A stretch of 64,000 nucleotides of DNA. Origin: Bugula neritina. Lineage: Eukaryota > Animalia > Bryozoa. The stretch is taken from the NCBI GenBank assembly GCA_964035545.1, contig OZ037765.1, positions 2,046,001 to 2,110,000 on the forward strand. The letters are read 5' to 3'. Positions 23,711 to 37,200 of this stretch are shown one piece after another; position 1 is the stretch's first letter; each line of letters opens with the position of its first letter. The notes under the pieces were generated by a model. That model ran no database searches and was not told where the DNA came from. It saw only the letters and a list, made by a program, of their open reading frames with translations. The translations under genes were made by a program, and so were the position numbers.

Positions 23711-26700
23711 AAGCCGCTGCCTTTACCTCTAAAGCTTATACAAGTCCTTCCTTAAATAGCATAACAAAACATACCACAATAATAGCAGCTGCAGATCAAA
23801 CAAAAGCCACATACAAACATTCACTTCAGCAAGTTAACCTTAAATGCACCGGCTTTTGGTTAATACTCTAAGAAAAAATTAGCCAACTATAACTCCGGCA
23901 CAATATTGTTGAATATGTAAATTGAGAAGATCATTCTCTAAGAGTAACATCCTGGGGTTGAACAATTTTTACCTGAACCCTGAGTAGAAATAATATTATT
24001 TTAATAAATTTTTGAGGCTGTGCAAAAAATTGGTTAAAAAGACAATATAATAATAAAGAATAACACGCAGGGAAGAAATAAAACAAGCAATTCAGTGTTT
24101 TTCTAGTTTTCATCTTGAAGTGCAAATGTACTTATACAGTTCGATATTTGATTTATTGAATGTTTTAGCTTGTAGCATAGAAAAAGTATTAACTAACATG
24201 TTTTAAGAAAGCATGGCTGCTAAAGCGGGCTAATGAAAAATGGAAACCTATTGAGAGCACATTTAGTAGATAATATTTTTTGCAGACAAATGTTTGCTGG
24301 TTGCGGTTGTTGAAGAATTTTATGAAAACTTGTTAGCACATGTCTATACTGAGTCGCGCAAAGAATAAATACAAGAAGTTTTAAAATGCTCAACAAATTG
24401 TAATTTTGAAGTGTTCTATTTGTTCAAAGATTATGGGACTTGCAAAACTGACTTGTTTTAGACGGTCTTTTACTCCCTTTTCTTAAGTTGCTGATGAAAT
24501 TATATAGCCATGTGGAGCATGTTTATTAATTTGAATTAGCTCTTAGACTTTGTGATAGAACACTTTCTGGTACATGGTCTGCTTGCACCTTATAGCTACT
24601 TTTATAGAAGAAGGTGGTGGAGTTAAAACTTGGGCACATAATATATCCACCTGTATTTTAGATGTAGGAACAGTAAAGAGAAATTTTAAAAAGCCTGGCT
24701 TCTATAAGATGAAAAATAACCAAACTAAAGTTAGGTTCTTATGGTATTTTCAACCTACACCCGAAACCAAATTTCAAAAGGGAAACTAAAAAACTTTAGC
24801 TATTAAAACATTTCTTTGCTACTGTACGTAAATAGTATTTCAGGGTCAAATCTCATGTTGTACTTAGGATACCCAAATGTTGTTACTTATGTAGATAAAA
24901 CCCAGTCTCTCAGCTTTTAACAGAACGCAATGATGTTATCTTGTTGCAGACAAAACATAGCAGAACATTTGGTTGGTGGTTTTTAGTTATGTGAGTAAAA
25001 CATCCACCAAATATTACGATGATACTGAAAGCTAACTTTGCGGTTTTTCATTGCATGTATATTTGGCTGAAGGTTGACGTAAGGAATTTTGTAACGGATA
25101 AGGCATATCAAGTGCTGTTTTATAACAAAATCTTGAACAGTATAGTATAATATGATAAACATTAGTGGTCGGAGATAACACTATACCACCAAACAGTAGG
25201 ATTATTAAATCTAAAACAACTTTTATATAAATTATCATCTCCCAGCATGTTATACTATAATTATTCTTGCGTTAAATTTTTCAAGTAGCTTTTAAAGATT
25301 TATTAAGCATGCAACTTATTTAAAGCGAAACATGTCATATTTCATTTCTACTAAAAACTTCCAGGGTAATTTAAAAGATGTCACAAAAAATTTGTTACAA
25401 TGCAACAATACATTTTATGTAGAAATTTTAAATTAATATGTCAAAATTTAGGAAATATTTTCATGCTTCATGCTGTTTACGATAATTTGTAGAGATCATC
25501 AGCAGTTGTTTATATTGACCCAATTTCCCCCCATAAAAACAACAGCTTCATTAACATAGCTACTCTGTGTTGTCGGTATTTTCTTTGGTTACACAACTAG
25601 CCACGTGTTGTGTAACTAGAAGAAGGAAGCCGTTTCACCTGAATAATAGAAAATATTATTCGTCAGTGTTTATCACAATATTTGGTTCCTGTGATAAGAT
25701 ATTAAGCTGATGCTGTTCTCGCATTCTCAGAATTTTCCCTTTTCCTTTTGTTGACAAAATATTAATTTGCATTCTGTGGTAATTATGAGTGAGATGTATA
25801 TAAATGGAAACCATTACAAAATATGTCTCTTTATTTACAAATTCAATATTTATACATCTGCGGCGTCCTTTGTAGAAAGTCACTCACTAATTGCAAAACT
25901 CAAATTGAAACAATTCCCAATGTTTGTTATTTTTAGAGCAGACTTTCTTCGGAAAAGTTTGTCTAAAAGTATATCCAGGTCGTTTGTAAATATCATTCGT
26001 AGTTGAGAGCGGTAGGTGCAGTAAAGAGACATTGAAAAAGCCTGTGTTTTAGGTAAGCAATGTCATGCATGTCTTTATGGGAGTCTCAATGTGAGTCCCA
26101 AACCAAAGAATGTTGAAAAACATGGGCACTTGGGCTAATAAAATATTACCTAAATTCAAGACTTGAAGGAGCCTGCATAAAAAAATGACACAGGAGTTGA
26201 ACTTCTTTTTAGAATCCTAATAAATGTTTTATTAAAAAAGAAGTATTTTTCTAATAGATTAGGTAACAAAAAACCTGCTTTTTTATCTCAATTGACGGTA
26301 CTATACGGTACTATATCTCTTATATCATTTGACACTAGTACTATGAATGAATAAACACAACACTCATCCTTTTTGGGTCAGCAGTCAGCAATGGTTTGTT
26401 GCTGACTTTCAATTAACAGATAAAATTCAATGTTTGATTCTTGTTCATAAAAAACATTGTTAACAACAATTGATTGTAGAGAACTTTCCTGTGCAGTTTT
26501 AATATTCAATAACTGCTCTTGTGTAAAGTATGTATGAGGTTTGAGACTATGTAAAAATAAGCAATTGATATAATATCACTATTTCCAATTTATCTATAAA
26601 CCTCAAATAACTTTTGGAAGCGACTATCAGCTTGTTTTCTCAGTAGCATGTCGTATCCAAAGACCAATTTTGTTGAGTGGCAGTATGTTAAATTATGTTA

Positions 26701-28236
26701 AATTGCTTTTGACTTCACGTAAGAGTGAAGCAGGAATTTATGCTTATTTTAGCAAGATTACCAGAATCATGTTAATAAGCTCTTTCTAGTTTGCCACTTA
26801 TAAGATGGCCAATACATGCAGGCCTGGTAGGATACTCTAGCCTGCTAATTAATAGTAGCCTTGTTTCTCACTATAAGACAGAAAGGCTCTTAGTTTATCT
26901 GCAGCTACTACACAACTTTTTTTTTACAGATGATCTGAATTCATTACAGTAGACTAAAAAAAGTTTACTGTTTGTTAGGGTAATTTAGACTTTAAAACTT
27001 TCCTTGCTATTTGATAGCATAAGAGAAGTGTGGGGTCTATTTATCTATTTTGTTCATCTAGGATATTTTATTAATAAAAAAGGCTATTGGGAAGTTTGCT
27101 TTCTCTATTTACTTTAATGCTCACAGCAAAACTAATTTACAACAAAAATTTGTCACAATATTATATTTATTTACTACTTGCTCTAATTTATTATATTATA
27201 ATTCCCAATACATATATACCTCTGCATATGATTTGAAGCAATGAGACATTTTGAAGCTATAAATTCCTTACAATTGTTAGACAGATTATTGGGTTTATTT
27301 TAAACATTTTGTATGGTAGGCTATAGCTTATAATTTGATTTAAATAGAAAACATTGGAAAATATGACATTTTAAGAAAACAAAACGTGTTGTATTCAAAT
27401 AAACTATAAAAATACACAAGTCTTAAAAATTGGCTTTTGAAATAGTAAATTATTACAAGTGGAATATATTATATAATACACAACATATGAAACAGTAAGG
27501 TTCGATGTCACTATGAGATATCACATATGAACATATTTGACCTATTTGTTTTAGAATGCACAAAATATTATATAACATACAATATGCTAAATATAGTAAC
27601 AAGTAAAATCTGATTGGATCTGAAATTGTATTAAGCAGTTAAGAATGTAGATGTATAATATAAAACTATATAAATATAAAATATATATACATAAAAAGCA
27701 AATTAAATATAAAAATTGAGAATACTGTCATATTGCATAGGAATAAACGAATGTTTATTACAGCCATTAAATGATATAAAAACTTGAAGTAAAAATGTGT
27801 TTTGTACGCAGCATAAATTTTAGAAATTATAAAATACATTTTAAAATTATATAATGCATTTTTTTAAAAACTTAGGAATAACAGTCAACTATAATCTAAG
27901 AAGATTCTTGACGGAAAAATTAATTTCCACAAAACAGTTTTGTAAAAAATAACAATGAATAACACAACATCACACTCGAATGCATTATATACAAAGTGTA
28001 CACTGAGACCCTATGGAGTGTATAGAAAGTAAGAAAGGAATATCAACAGTAGCTATCTGCAGATACATTTCAGATTCATAGATCCTGTTTATGCTGCACA
28101 TACTACGACCCTACATACTAGAATTACACCACAATATGACGGGCACTTCTCCAGATATGTGAAAACATAAATTCTCACAACTCTAGACAAATACTGGGGC
28201 CGGCATCAGGCCTGACAGCGCCATCGGCAGGGTGCT

Positions 28237-31200
28237 TCACCCGAGTCCGACAATCTCGTGCGGTGTACCGAGTGACTTTATTTTCATTTCATTTTCACTA
28301 GAACTCTGGGAACTGCTCTGACCAGATTTCCTTCTCTCCATTTGCGCCACTTTCCGTAGAAACATGCTGAGCAGCCCAGACAGGAGCATACAACCCCCGG
28401 CAAAGTAAAACGGATAGAAGTAGTTGTACTTGTCTAACAGATAACCTAGAAAAATAAAAAATGTGTTCAACTAACTAACTAAAGTGAATTGAGATCTAAT
28501 ATCCTATGAGAGAAATATTTCCACACATTTATTAGAGCTAATAGGTGAATAAGGCTTTTAATATGCTATTGCTTGCTTATATGTAAGCTGATTTGCTATT
28601 GGTGCACTGTGATGTATACTGACCTGCTACTGGTGCACCTATCAACACTGATATGCCATGAAATATTACGAGTTGGCTGTAGCATGTGGTTAACTTATCC
28701 AGTCCCATCAACTCCACTACTATCACAGACCTCAGGGAGCTGAAGGCAGCTGCAAAATATTGGAGAAACTTTATAAAACACAGTCTGTGGTCAGTGGTTG
28801 GGAACCCATTCTACGGCGCCATATGACATGTACTATAATAGAAGGGTTCGAATCCCACTCTACGTTGCTATATGACATGTGCTAGAAGGGTTCAAACCCC
28901 ACTATATGGCGTTATAAGAACTCCAGAGCAAACCATTATTCTGTGCATTTTATAATATACTTATACACAAGTTGCATTATACATTACACATAATATGTGT
29001 ATATCTACTTGTCCATTGACCCACTTCCCCTGCTTGCATGCGATAGTCAGGTTTGTATTGTATAATTTGGGACTTGAATCAAAGAAATATAAGAATTGCC
29101 TTAAAAAGATTATTCAGGTTTACAATAACTAGTTTAATGTCACATAATCATATTAAATGTCCGATAGTTTTCTATTTCATTTGAGGCCCTCCGTCTCTCA
29201 AGTTTTGAGATTAAATAATTAAATAGATATATCACTTTACTTTAGCCAAACTATGAAAGGGCTAACTTTGGTTAAAACTATAACTTGGCTTGTTTAAAAT
29301 TTGTTTAAATTAAAGTTTTAATATATTTCTACAGAAGATGTAATACACTTTATATCTTACCGACACAAAGTCCAAACACAAAAGAGAAGACAACAAGCAG
29401 GAAGTAGGATTCACAGAAGGGTAGCACCAAGGTCATGGCTCCGGCAATGAGCAGAGCCAAGTTATTGATTATCACGGAGTCCAGCCAGTTCCTGGTGGCC
29501 AGAACTCCGGAGATGAGTCTACCAAATGTGTTGGAGAAACCCAGAGCGGTGAGGAGGTAGGCGGCTGATTGTTCGCTAATATGGCCGCCTGTTCCGTTCA
29601 CAGCATAGGAGGGTAGAAGTAGGAAGGGGATATAGTAGCCTGCAATGAGTAATAGTGTTTAGTTACTCCTGTTGCTAAGATAGAATATCTACTTATTCCA
29701 ATATTTCAATTTATTATAGCAGCGGTGGTAAAGTTGAGAGGTCACAGTTCTAGTCAGGGGTTTGGACCCCAGAAGGGCCATTGATGATGTCAGAAAGGGC
29801 AATGATCATGAGTGTTTCTGTGCTGACAGCAGATACCCTAGAACCATGCTGCCAGCCTTAAACCCACCCTGAAGATCCTAATTACCACCAGCAGTTCACA
29901 AGGAGGAAGAAAACTTTAAGCAGAGACACGTTTTATTGAAGTATTCATCTATGATGAAACAATGTGAGAAGTAAATGACTTATTTTTATTAAACAAACAG
30001 TTGGCATACAAATTCAAATGACTTTCATATCTCAGAGTTTTTATTACTTCCAAACTTACATTTCGCACATTGGTCATTGAATTCATTACATTACAGCTAG
30101 TATTAAAATATTAAAAAATGTATGTTAAAATAAGAGAAAACACAATTTATAGTACTATTAACTGGTTACAAAACAATTTTGAAATTAGAAAAGACAACTC
30201 CGAAATCGGTAGACACTATTAGTAGAGTGAACTACTATCATAGCCTGAGAGTATCACCATCTGTACTCACCGACCATAGTTAAACTAGTAGACACCACTA
30301 GAAGGATGTATGTAGGACTCTTGAACGTGTCTGCATCAAACACATTTCTCAGGACGTCTTTCATTGGTTTGGGAAGGAGCGGGAGACGACTCCAGAAATC
30401 CTGATCAGCAATGGACTTTGTGTCTGGTATTTCAGTAATGCTGGCCACATACGAATCTACAAGTCATATTCAACACTTGAAGTTGTCTTTTCTCCAGTAA
30501 AACTTCGGAAAAGATGACAATAGTTTTCTACTCATTGAAAACTCACAAAGCAAAATCATCTGGTAACCAAAGGCATTGCAACTCTCAGTTGAAAAAGTAC
30601 AGAACGAGTGACTACATAAACGAATAAACCTATACACTTCATCATGTCTACAACTGTTGATACAACTCTCTGAAATAAGCGACACATGTTGAAACATCTC
30701 AACAAGACGTGTGTAGAAATCATCACGTACTGATGTCATCATGGAATTCAGGCAGTATTTGAACGCTGCCGGTGTAGTAGATGTCTTTGCGATACATCGG
30801 ACGATCCACGTCTGGCGTGGCGTGCAGGAACTTCCTTAGCAGACGTTCAGTGCTGGCTGACCTCTGACCTTCACATTCGACTTCGTACTGAGGAATGTCG
30901 TGGGCGGAGCTAAACTCTCTGCCGACATCACCGATTGGCCCACACTGCAACAGGAGTGGAGCAAGTTACGATAAAGCAGGGGTGAGGCAATGGGCAAGTG
31001 GTGGACTTAAACTTTTTCAAAAGCCTATTAGTTCAAAAAATATGGTTTTTGGTTTGTGGAATTCTTACAGCTTCAATTATCTCCCTTCGTGCAAAAAAGT
31101 TATAAAATAGAATCTTAGCTGAATATTTCAGGCACCCTTCAACCAGGGGATTGTGAAAATAAACAAAATATATCTCTGTAACCAGCTCTATCTATCTGTT

Positions 31201-34200
31201 CCACGAATAGACTGTTTTATACAATATTACAGCCTCACTAAAAAGGCAAGTTTTTAAAAGATCTACGCAATGTGTAGATAATATTAGTTTTAATCAGGAA
31301 GCTTATTTTAAGGCATTTTATGGGTATTTTTCAACATTCAGCTAACCAGAAAAACAATCAATTTTCCCAAACGTTGGGACAAATACAATAAATGGAATCA
31401 TAAAATAATTTTTGTTTAGAAATTTAACCTGCCACATTGGCATTATTTCCAAGTCTTCAATAACAATTTCAACTTTTAAGCGCTGAAGCAGCTAATTTTA
31501 GACTCCTGTACTGAACAAAGGAGACGTAAAAACATTCAGTATTTGTCAATATTAGACAGAGTCTGTCCAATCAACAAGCTGATATTATGTTACAACTTAC
31601 CTGATTGGATACTGTATCCAGACTTCTGGCGCTATTATTCTTGCGAATTTGACCACTCTGTGAGAGCAGCACCTGCGTGTGAAGACTGCTGGGGGAAGGG
31701 GACTGCTGTTGCATCATGGGAACTGTCTCAGAGTGGCAGCTAGTTCCGTCTGTGAGAGCTGACGGGGCGTGCGGGCGCTTGGTCTGCAGGTTGGGGGTGG
31801 GTCTACCGCTCCCGAGGGAGATATTTATACTACTCCGGCTAAAGGCACTCCTCAGGCTAAAGTGGAAATATGTTCAAATGAGAGGCCAGTTCGTAGAAAA
31901 TTTGATGTAAACTTTTGAATTGAGAGAATTCAGGCTAAACCTGTCACAAACTGAAATGCTATGTGATACAGCTGATATATTTTATCATTTATAATAATGT
32001 TCAGAGAACTGTGTGAGGCAAAGCCGGGGTAAAATCCAATTATACAAGTTTTCTTATTAAACTAATCAATTACTATTTGTAGTTGAAATTGATTAAAAAT
32101 TGAGCTCAAAATCTGGAATAATGAAATTCTATGGAATAATTTTGTATAAACAACAAATATTACCGTACCTAAAGTAAACAGTAACTATTTAACTAAACAC
32201 AATATTACTACTTATAATAATATTCATACTATACTACAATATTATATAAAATATTATAGTATATGATATAATATCATAATATATAGTATTATGTAATATA
32301 ATGTAATATGAAACTCAGTTGTATAAATACACTGACACAGCTCTATAACCTAATCAACTAAGCCAAGTCCCATACATCACGGACATATTATTTCTAGTTT
32401 CAAACAAACACAAGAAACTTTAGTGCACTTCATTATGATCATCCATTCTTCCAAAAATTCCTGATCACAACTTGTTGCATAACAAAGCATCTCTATGACT
32501 CACAATCTAAGACTTCATACTATACAAATTTATAATTGCAGCTAGTTTAGTTTCCTTGTATTGGGTTACTTATGCCATATGCTGCCTGATGGGCAGGTTT
32601 TATCTAATTTCCGATGCCAAGCTTATTAAATTAAATTCATTAGTCAGCAATAGAGGAAATGAAGAGTCATAATTTCAGGAGCAGACAATTCCAAACTCAA
32701 CTAAACGGATTGAGTACACACATCTATGACTATGTCTCAGGAATGCCGTGCATACAGTTTAGATATAAACTTAGCTTGAACCTTTCATAGTCCAAGTATA
32801 TGGCAGGGGATCAATGAGCAAGATGTATATAGTATGGAGATGCTGGCACCATTACCTACACACAATGAGTTATAACAGTATTTCACTCATTCTAATGTGG
32901 ATGCAGCAGACAGAGTTCATCTGCAGGGTAGATTATCAGCCTAGGCAACAGGCTATGTGAGTGAAACCATGGCAATATAAAGACCCAGAGATTAAGTGAA
33001 CTAAATAAAACATGACCCAACTTTAAAACGTAGGAATAATTCTCCACCATTTAACAGACAGACACACAGACAGACAGGCACACAGACAGACACACAGACA
33101 GACACACATACAACAGACACACAGACAGACGGACAGACACATAGACAGACAGACACATAGACAGACAGACACATAGACAAACAGACATACAGGGACTCTA
33201 GGCTCTCACCCACTGAAGATGCCGTGTTTGTGAAAGTCTTTCTCTCTGATGACGAGGTTGTCCCTGGTGATGATGCCGTTGTTGAGGCTGCCGGAGGAGA
33301 GAGTTCTGTCGTACCTCTTCTGTTCGATGAGTCGCTGTAGGATAATGCACGTCTGCACGCCAATCCTCTTGTCTTCCTCCATTCTCTTTAGTATGAGTTT
33401 CTTTCGCCTGCGTAGGTCACCATCTATGGGCCGTAGCAGGGCCCCTACAGTGTGAAATAGCAGTAGATTTACTGAGCTACTCAGCTAAAACTGATGGTAC
33501 TTCACAACAGCTACTGCAAATTTTTCAACTTTAAACCAACAGTAGCTTCTGCTGCTAATTGGTATGAATGTTTTTATTCATTCAAAATATTAAAATTGTC
33601 TCCCCAACAGTTTTAATAGACAAGATGAGCTTATAGGATGCCTAAAATTAGCAAGGAGTTTGGAAACTTCTAGAACCTTTGATGGTGGATACATTCATTT
33701 TGTACTAAGAGCACAGTAATTCAAGTGATAGTCAAATATTTATGAAAATATATTCTACTAACACTGTAGCTTCGTGTTAACACAATTCAATTAATAGCAG
33801 CAGGAAAAATAAATCAGAAGCATTCACTTTTTAAGAAAATAAAAACCGTGACTGTGATAATTTATAGTCTGCCTTAATCATAAAACAACTGCTAAACTCT
33901 AGCTTATTGGACCAAGAAATTATTACATTCCCTAGTTGCATGACTACCGGACCTTCGTAGTTGTTAGATTCACACTGATTGGAGGATGAACACGAAACAC
34001 GCGCATTACTCATGTAACTAACATCATGGAATACCCTCTCTTTTTATTCCCAACAGCTTTTCATTAACTTTCTGTATTTGTGTAATGAGTTGCATAATGC
34101 AAAAAATTCCGGTTCAACTTAAACTTCCAAACATGAACAACCAAACATGTGGTCAGCATATGATAGCTCAGTGCAAAGGTGGTTTGAGTGCAGAAAAGGG

Positions 34201-37200
34201 AAGCTGATGACATACGTAGAGAGGATAGTGTATATATGTAGAGAGGATAGTGTATATATGTAGAGAGGATGGTGTACATATGTAGAGAGGATAGTGTATA
34301 TATGTAGAGAGGACAGTGTATATATGTAGAGAAGATGATGTATATATGTAGAGAGGATAGTGTATATATGTAGAGAGGATAGTGTATATATGTAGAGAGG
34401 ATAGTGTATATATGTAGAGAGGATGATGTATATATGTAGAGAGGATAGTGTATATATGTAGAGAGGATAGTGTATATATGTAGAGAGGATGGTGTATATA
34501 TGTAGAGAGGATGGTGTACATATGTAGAGAAGATGATGTATATATGTAGAGAGGATAGTGTATATACGTAGAGAGGATAGTGTATATATGTAGAGAGGAT
34601 AGTGTATATATGTAGAGAGGATAGTGTATATATGTAGAGAAGATAGTGTATATATGTAGAGAGGATAGTGTATATATGTAGAGAGGATAGTGTATATATG
34701 TAGAGAAGATAGTGTATATATGTAGAGAGGATAGTGTATATACGTAGAGAAGATAGTGTATATATGTAGAGAGGATAGTGTATATATGTAGAGAGAATAG
34801 TGTATATATGTAGAGAGGATAGTGTATATATGTAGAGAGGATAGTGTATATATGTAGAGAGGATAGTGTATATATGTAGAGAGGATAGTGTATATATATA
34901 GAGAGGATAGTGTATATATGTAGAGAGAATAGTGTATATATGTAGAGAGGATAGTATATATGTAGAGAGGATGGTGTATATATGTAGAGAGGATAGTGTA
35001 TATATGTAGGGAGGATAGTGTATATATGTAGAGAGAATAGTGTATATATGTAGAGAGGATAGTGTATATATGTAGAGAGGATAGTGTATATATATAGAGA
35101 GGATAGTGTATATATGTAGAGAGGATAGTGTATATATGTAGAGAGAATAGTGTATATATGTAGGGAGGATAGTATATATATGTAGATAAGATGGTGAATA
35201 TATGTAGAAAAGGTTTTTATTTATTCACTGGCAAGCAGCTGGAATTTATTTATTTCACTTCACAGAAAAACATTTGTTAGTGAGACACACATTCTATTTT
35301 ATAGAAGTGAATTTGGGCGAAAAAACAGAGAAGTTTCAATAGTTTGAATTCTTTCAATTTTGTGGTTTGGAAACTTGGAAAGAGGGCATAACTTCTTCTG
35401 CTATATTTTTTAACTAGAACGCAGCTTTTCTCTCAAGTCACTCGTCACCTATGTGATTTGAAGGTTAAATAACATCCTTTAAGCAGTTGTGTTTCCCTGC
35501 ATTACCAGATGTACTGCAGAATAGTGAACTGTCCCGTTGACTGAACCAGGAAGCCTACGACTTTCTTATCTCATAAAGTGTTGACAGGAAATCAGAGTGA
35601 TGAAACTCTAACTGGAAATGTTGACAGGAAATGAGGGTGATGAGGCTCTAACTGGAAGTGTTGAATAGCTGAATAAATGACTGACACTTAAGTTGATGAC
35701 ATGTTGACTTAATGAACTTTTGAAAAGAATTTTACAGTGGAATACAAAAGGAAGTAAAAAAGCTAAATGATCAATTGTTATGCAAGTATTTTATGTCTAA
35801 ATTAGAGTACTAGAAATAGTATGCTAGATGCAGCACACAAATATCAATAGTGTACCCCCTGTTACTCGAGATCAAAACTAACCAGCACATAATTCTCAAC
35901 AAAAAGATATTTACTAACATGAAAGACACTGTTTACCAAAATTAAAATGTTGTATCTACATGTTCAGAACTGTATGCGTTAGTTTTTAATAATTTCCTTT
36001 CAGTTGGTCAACCATTTGATATCCTAAGACCTAATGGTGAAGTCAGAAGATGAGCCGGTTTTTACTCTAAATACTGCTGCCTAGGCAGCATTGACCCCAG
36101 CTGTTTATTTATTTAGTCTAAACAAACATTGCGCCATAAACCTAACTAATAAACAGACTGTCATGGAGTTATTTTATGTAACTGTAGGTCAGGTTATAGC
36201 CCTAGGTCTACAGGTAACTCAGTTTATAGCCTTAGGACTCAGTTCTGCAGTATCTCACTGCCATGAAATTGCAGTAAGGTAAACAAATATAAACTACTGT
36301 GATGACATGTTTAATTTGAAAGTATAAAAAGTTAATGACCTGCTCTGAGGTCAATAACTTTTCGAATCAGAATCAGCCAATCAGTGCGCTTCTTACAAAT
36401 TTGAATGAAATTTAAACACCATTATTTAGTAGCTGCCAGAAAGTCTCTCAACAGGCGAGTTAGAATGTTTGGCATCGCAAAACACGAACCAACCGAAACA
36501 GTCATTTATAAAAATTCTAATTATAAAGTGAAAAAGTTGAACATTTGTTATATTATAGCAACGTTAGACTTACCGAGTACAAACCCCTGCATGACAATGC
36601 CCGAGAGTATTATGATGCACCCAGTCCACTCGTACCGGTCTATGAGCCACCTGGTTAAGGGGGCCATAACCGCCATCCCCACACTCGACCCACACATGGC
36701 CAGAGTGGCGGCTATCCCACGATTCCTTTCAAAGTAGAAGCCCACCACTAGAAGTGAGGCTAGGAACATGAAACCAAAGCCTATACCTGAAACAATACAG
36801 CAGAGTATCTGAGTTTACACCTGGAGGTATTAGGTAATGCTATAATACGGCAATTATGTCATTACTCTATTTATTCACCACTGCAGGTCAAACCTATGCA
36901 GCTCTCTGTAGCATCAACTTATGATAGAGAGGAAACCAAACTCAACATTTATTTGAGGTAAGACACTGTGTAAGTTCTGTTATTTGAGATAACGACCTTG
37001 AACTTGGTGCTGTGTTAATGTTCCGAAAGAAAGAAATGCAGCTGCTAGAAGAGCTATGAAGGAGTTGAGATACTGGCGATGGAGTACTACATTATTATTA
37101 CATCACATTACATTAAATGCATAAATAATGTATTTTTATCTCATTTTTCACAGCCACCATGCCATGATGACATAATACTTGGCAAACAGTGCAGTGTTTA

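Noticed and set aside
25560-26050. Possible transposase or gene remnant in intergenic DNA
   Set aside because: Coding-like composition but no motif I can identify; needs a translated search.
30470-30742. 90-aa ORF spanning MCT-D intron 6
   Set aside because: Out of frame with the gene, no recognisable motif; consistent with chance.
33001-33363. 120-aa ORF with a VCVS repeat
   Set aside because: Alternate frame of an MCT exon running into a microsatellite.
34064-34521. ORFs of 71 and 117 aa
   Set aside because: Translations of the 22-bp minisatellite.
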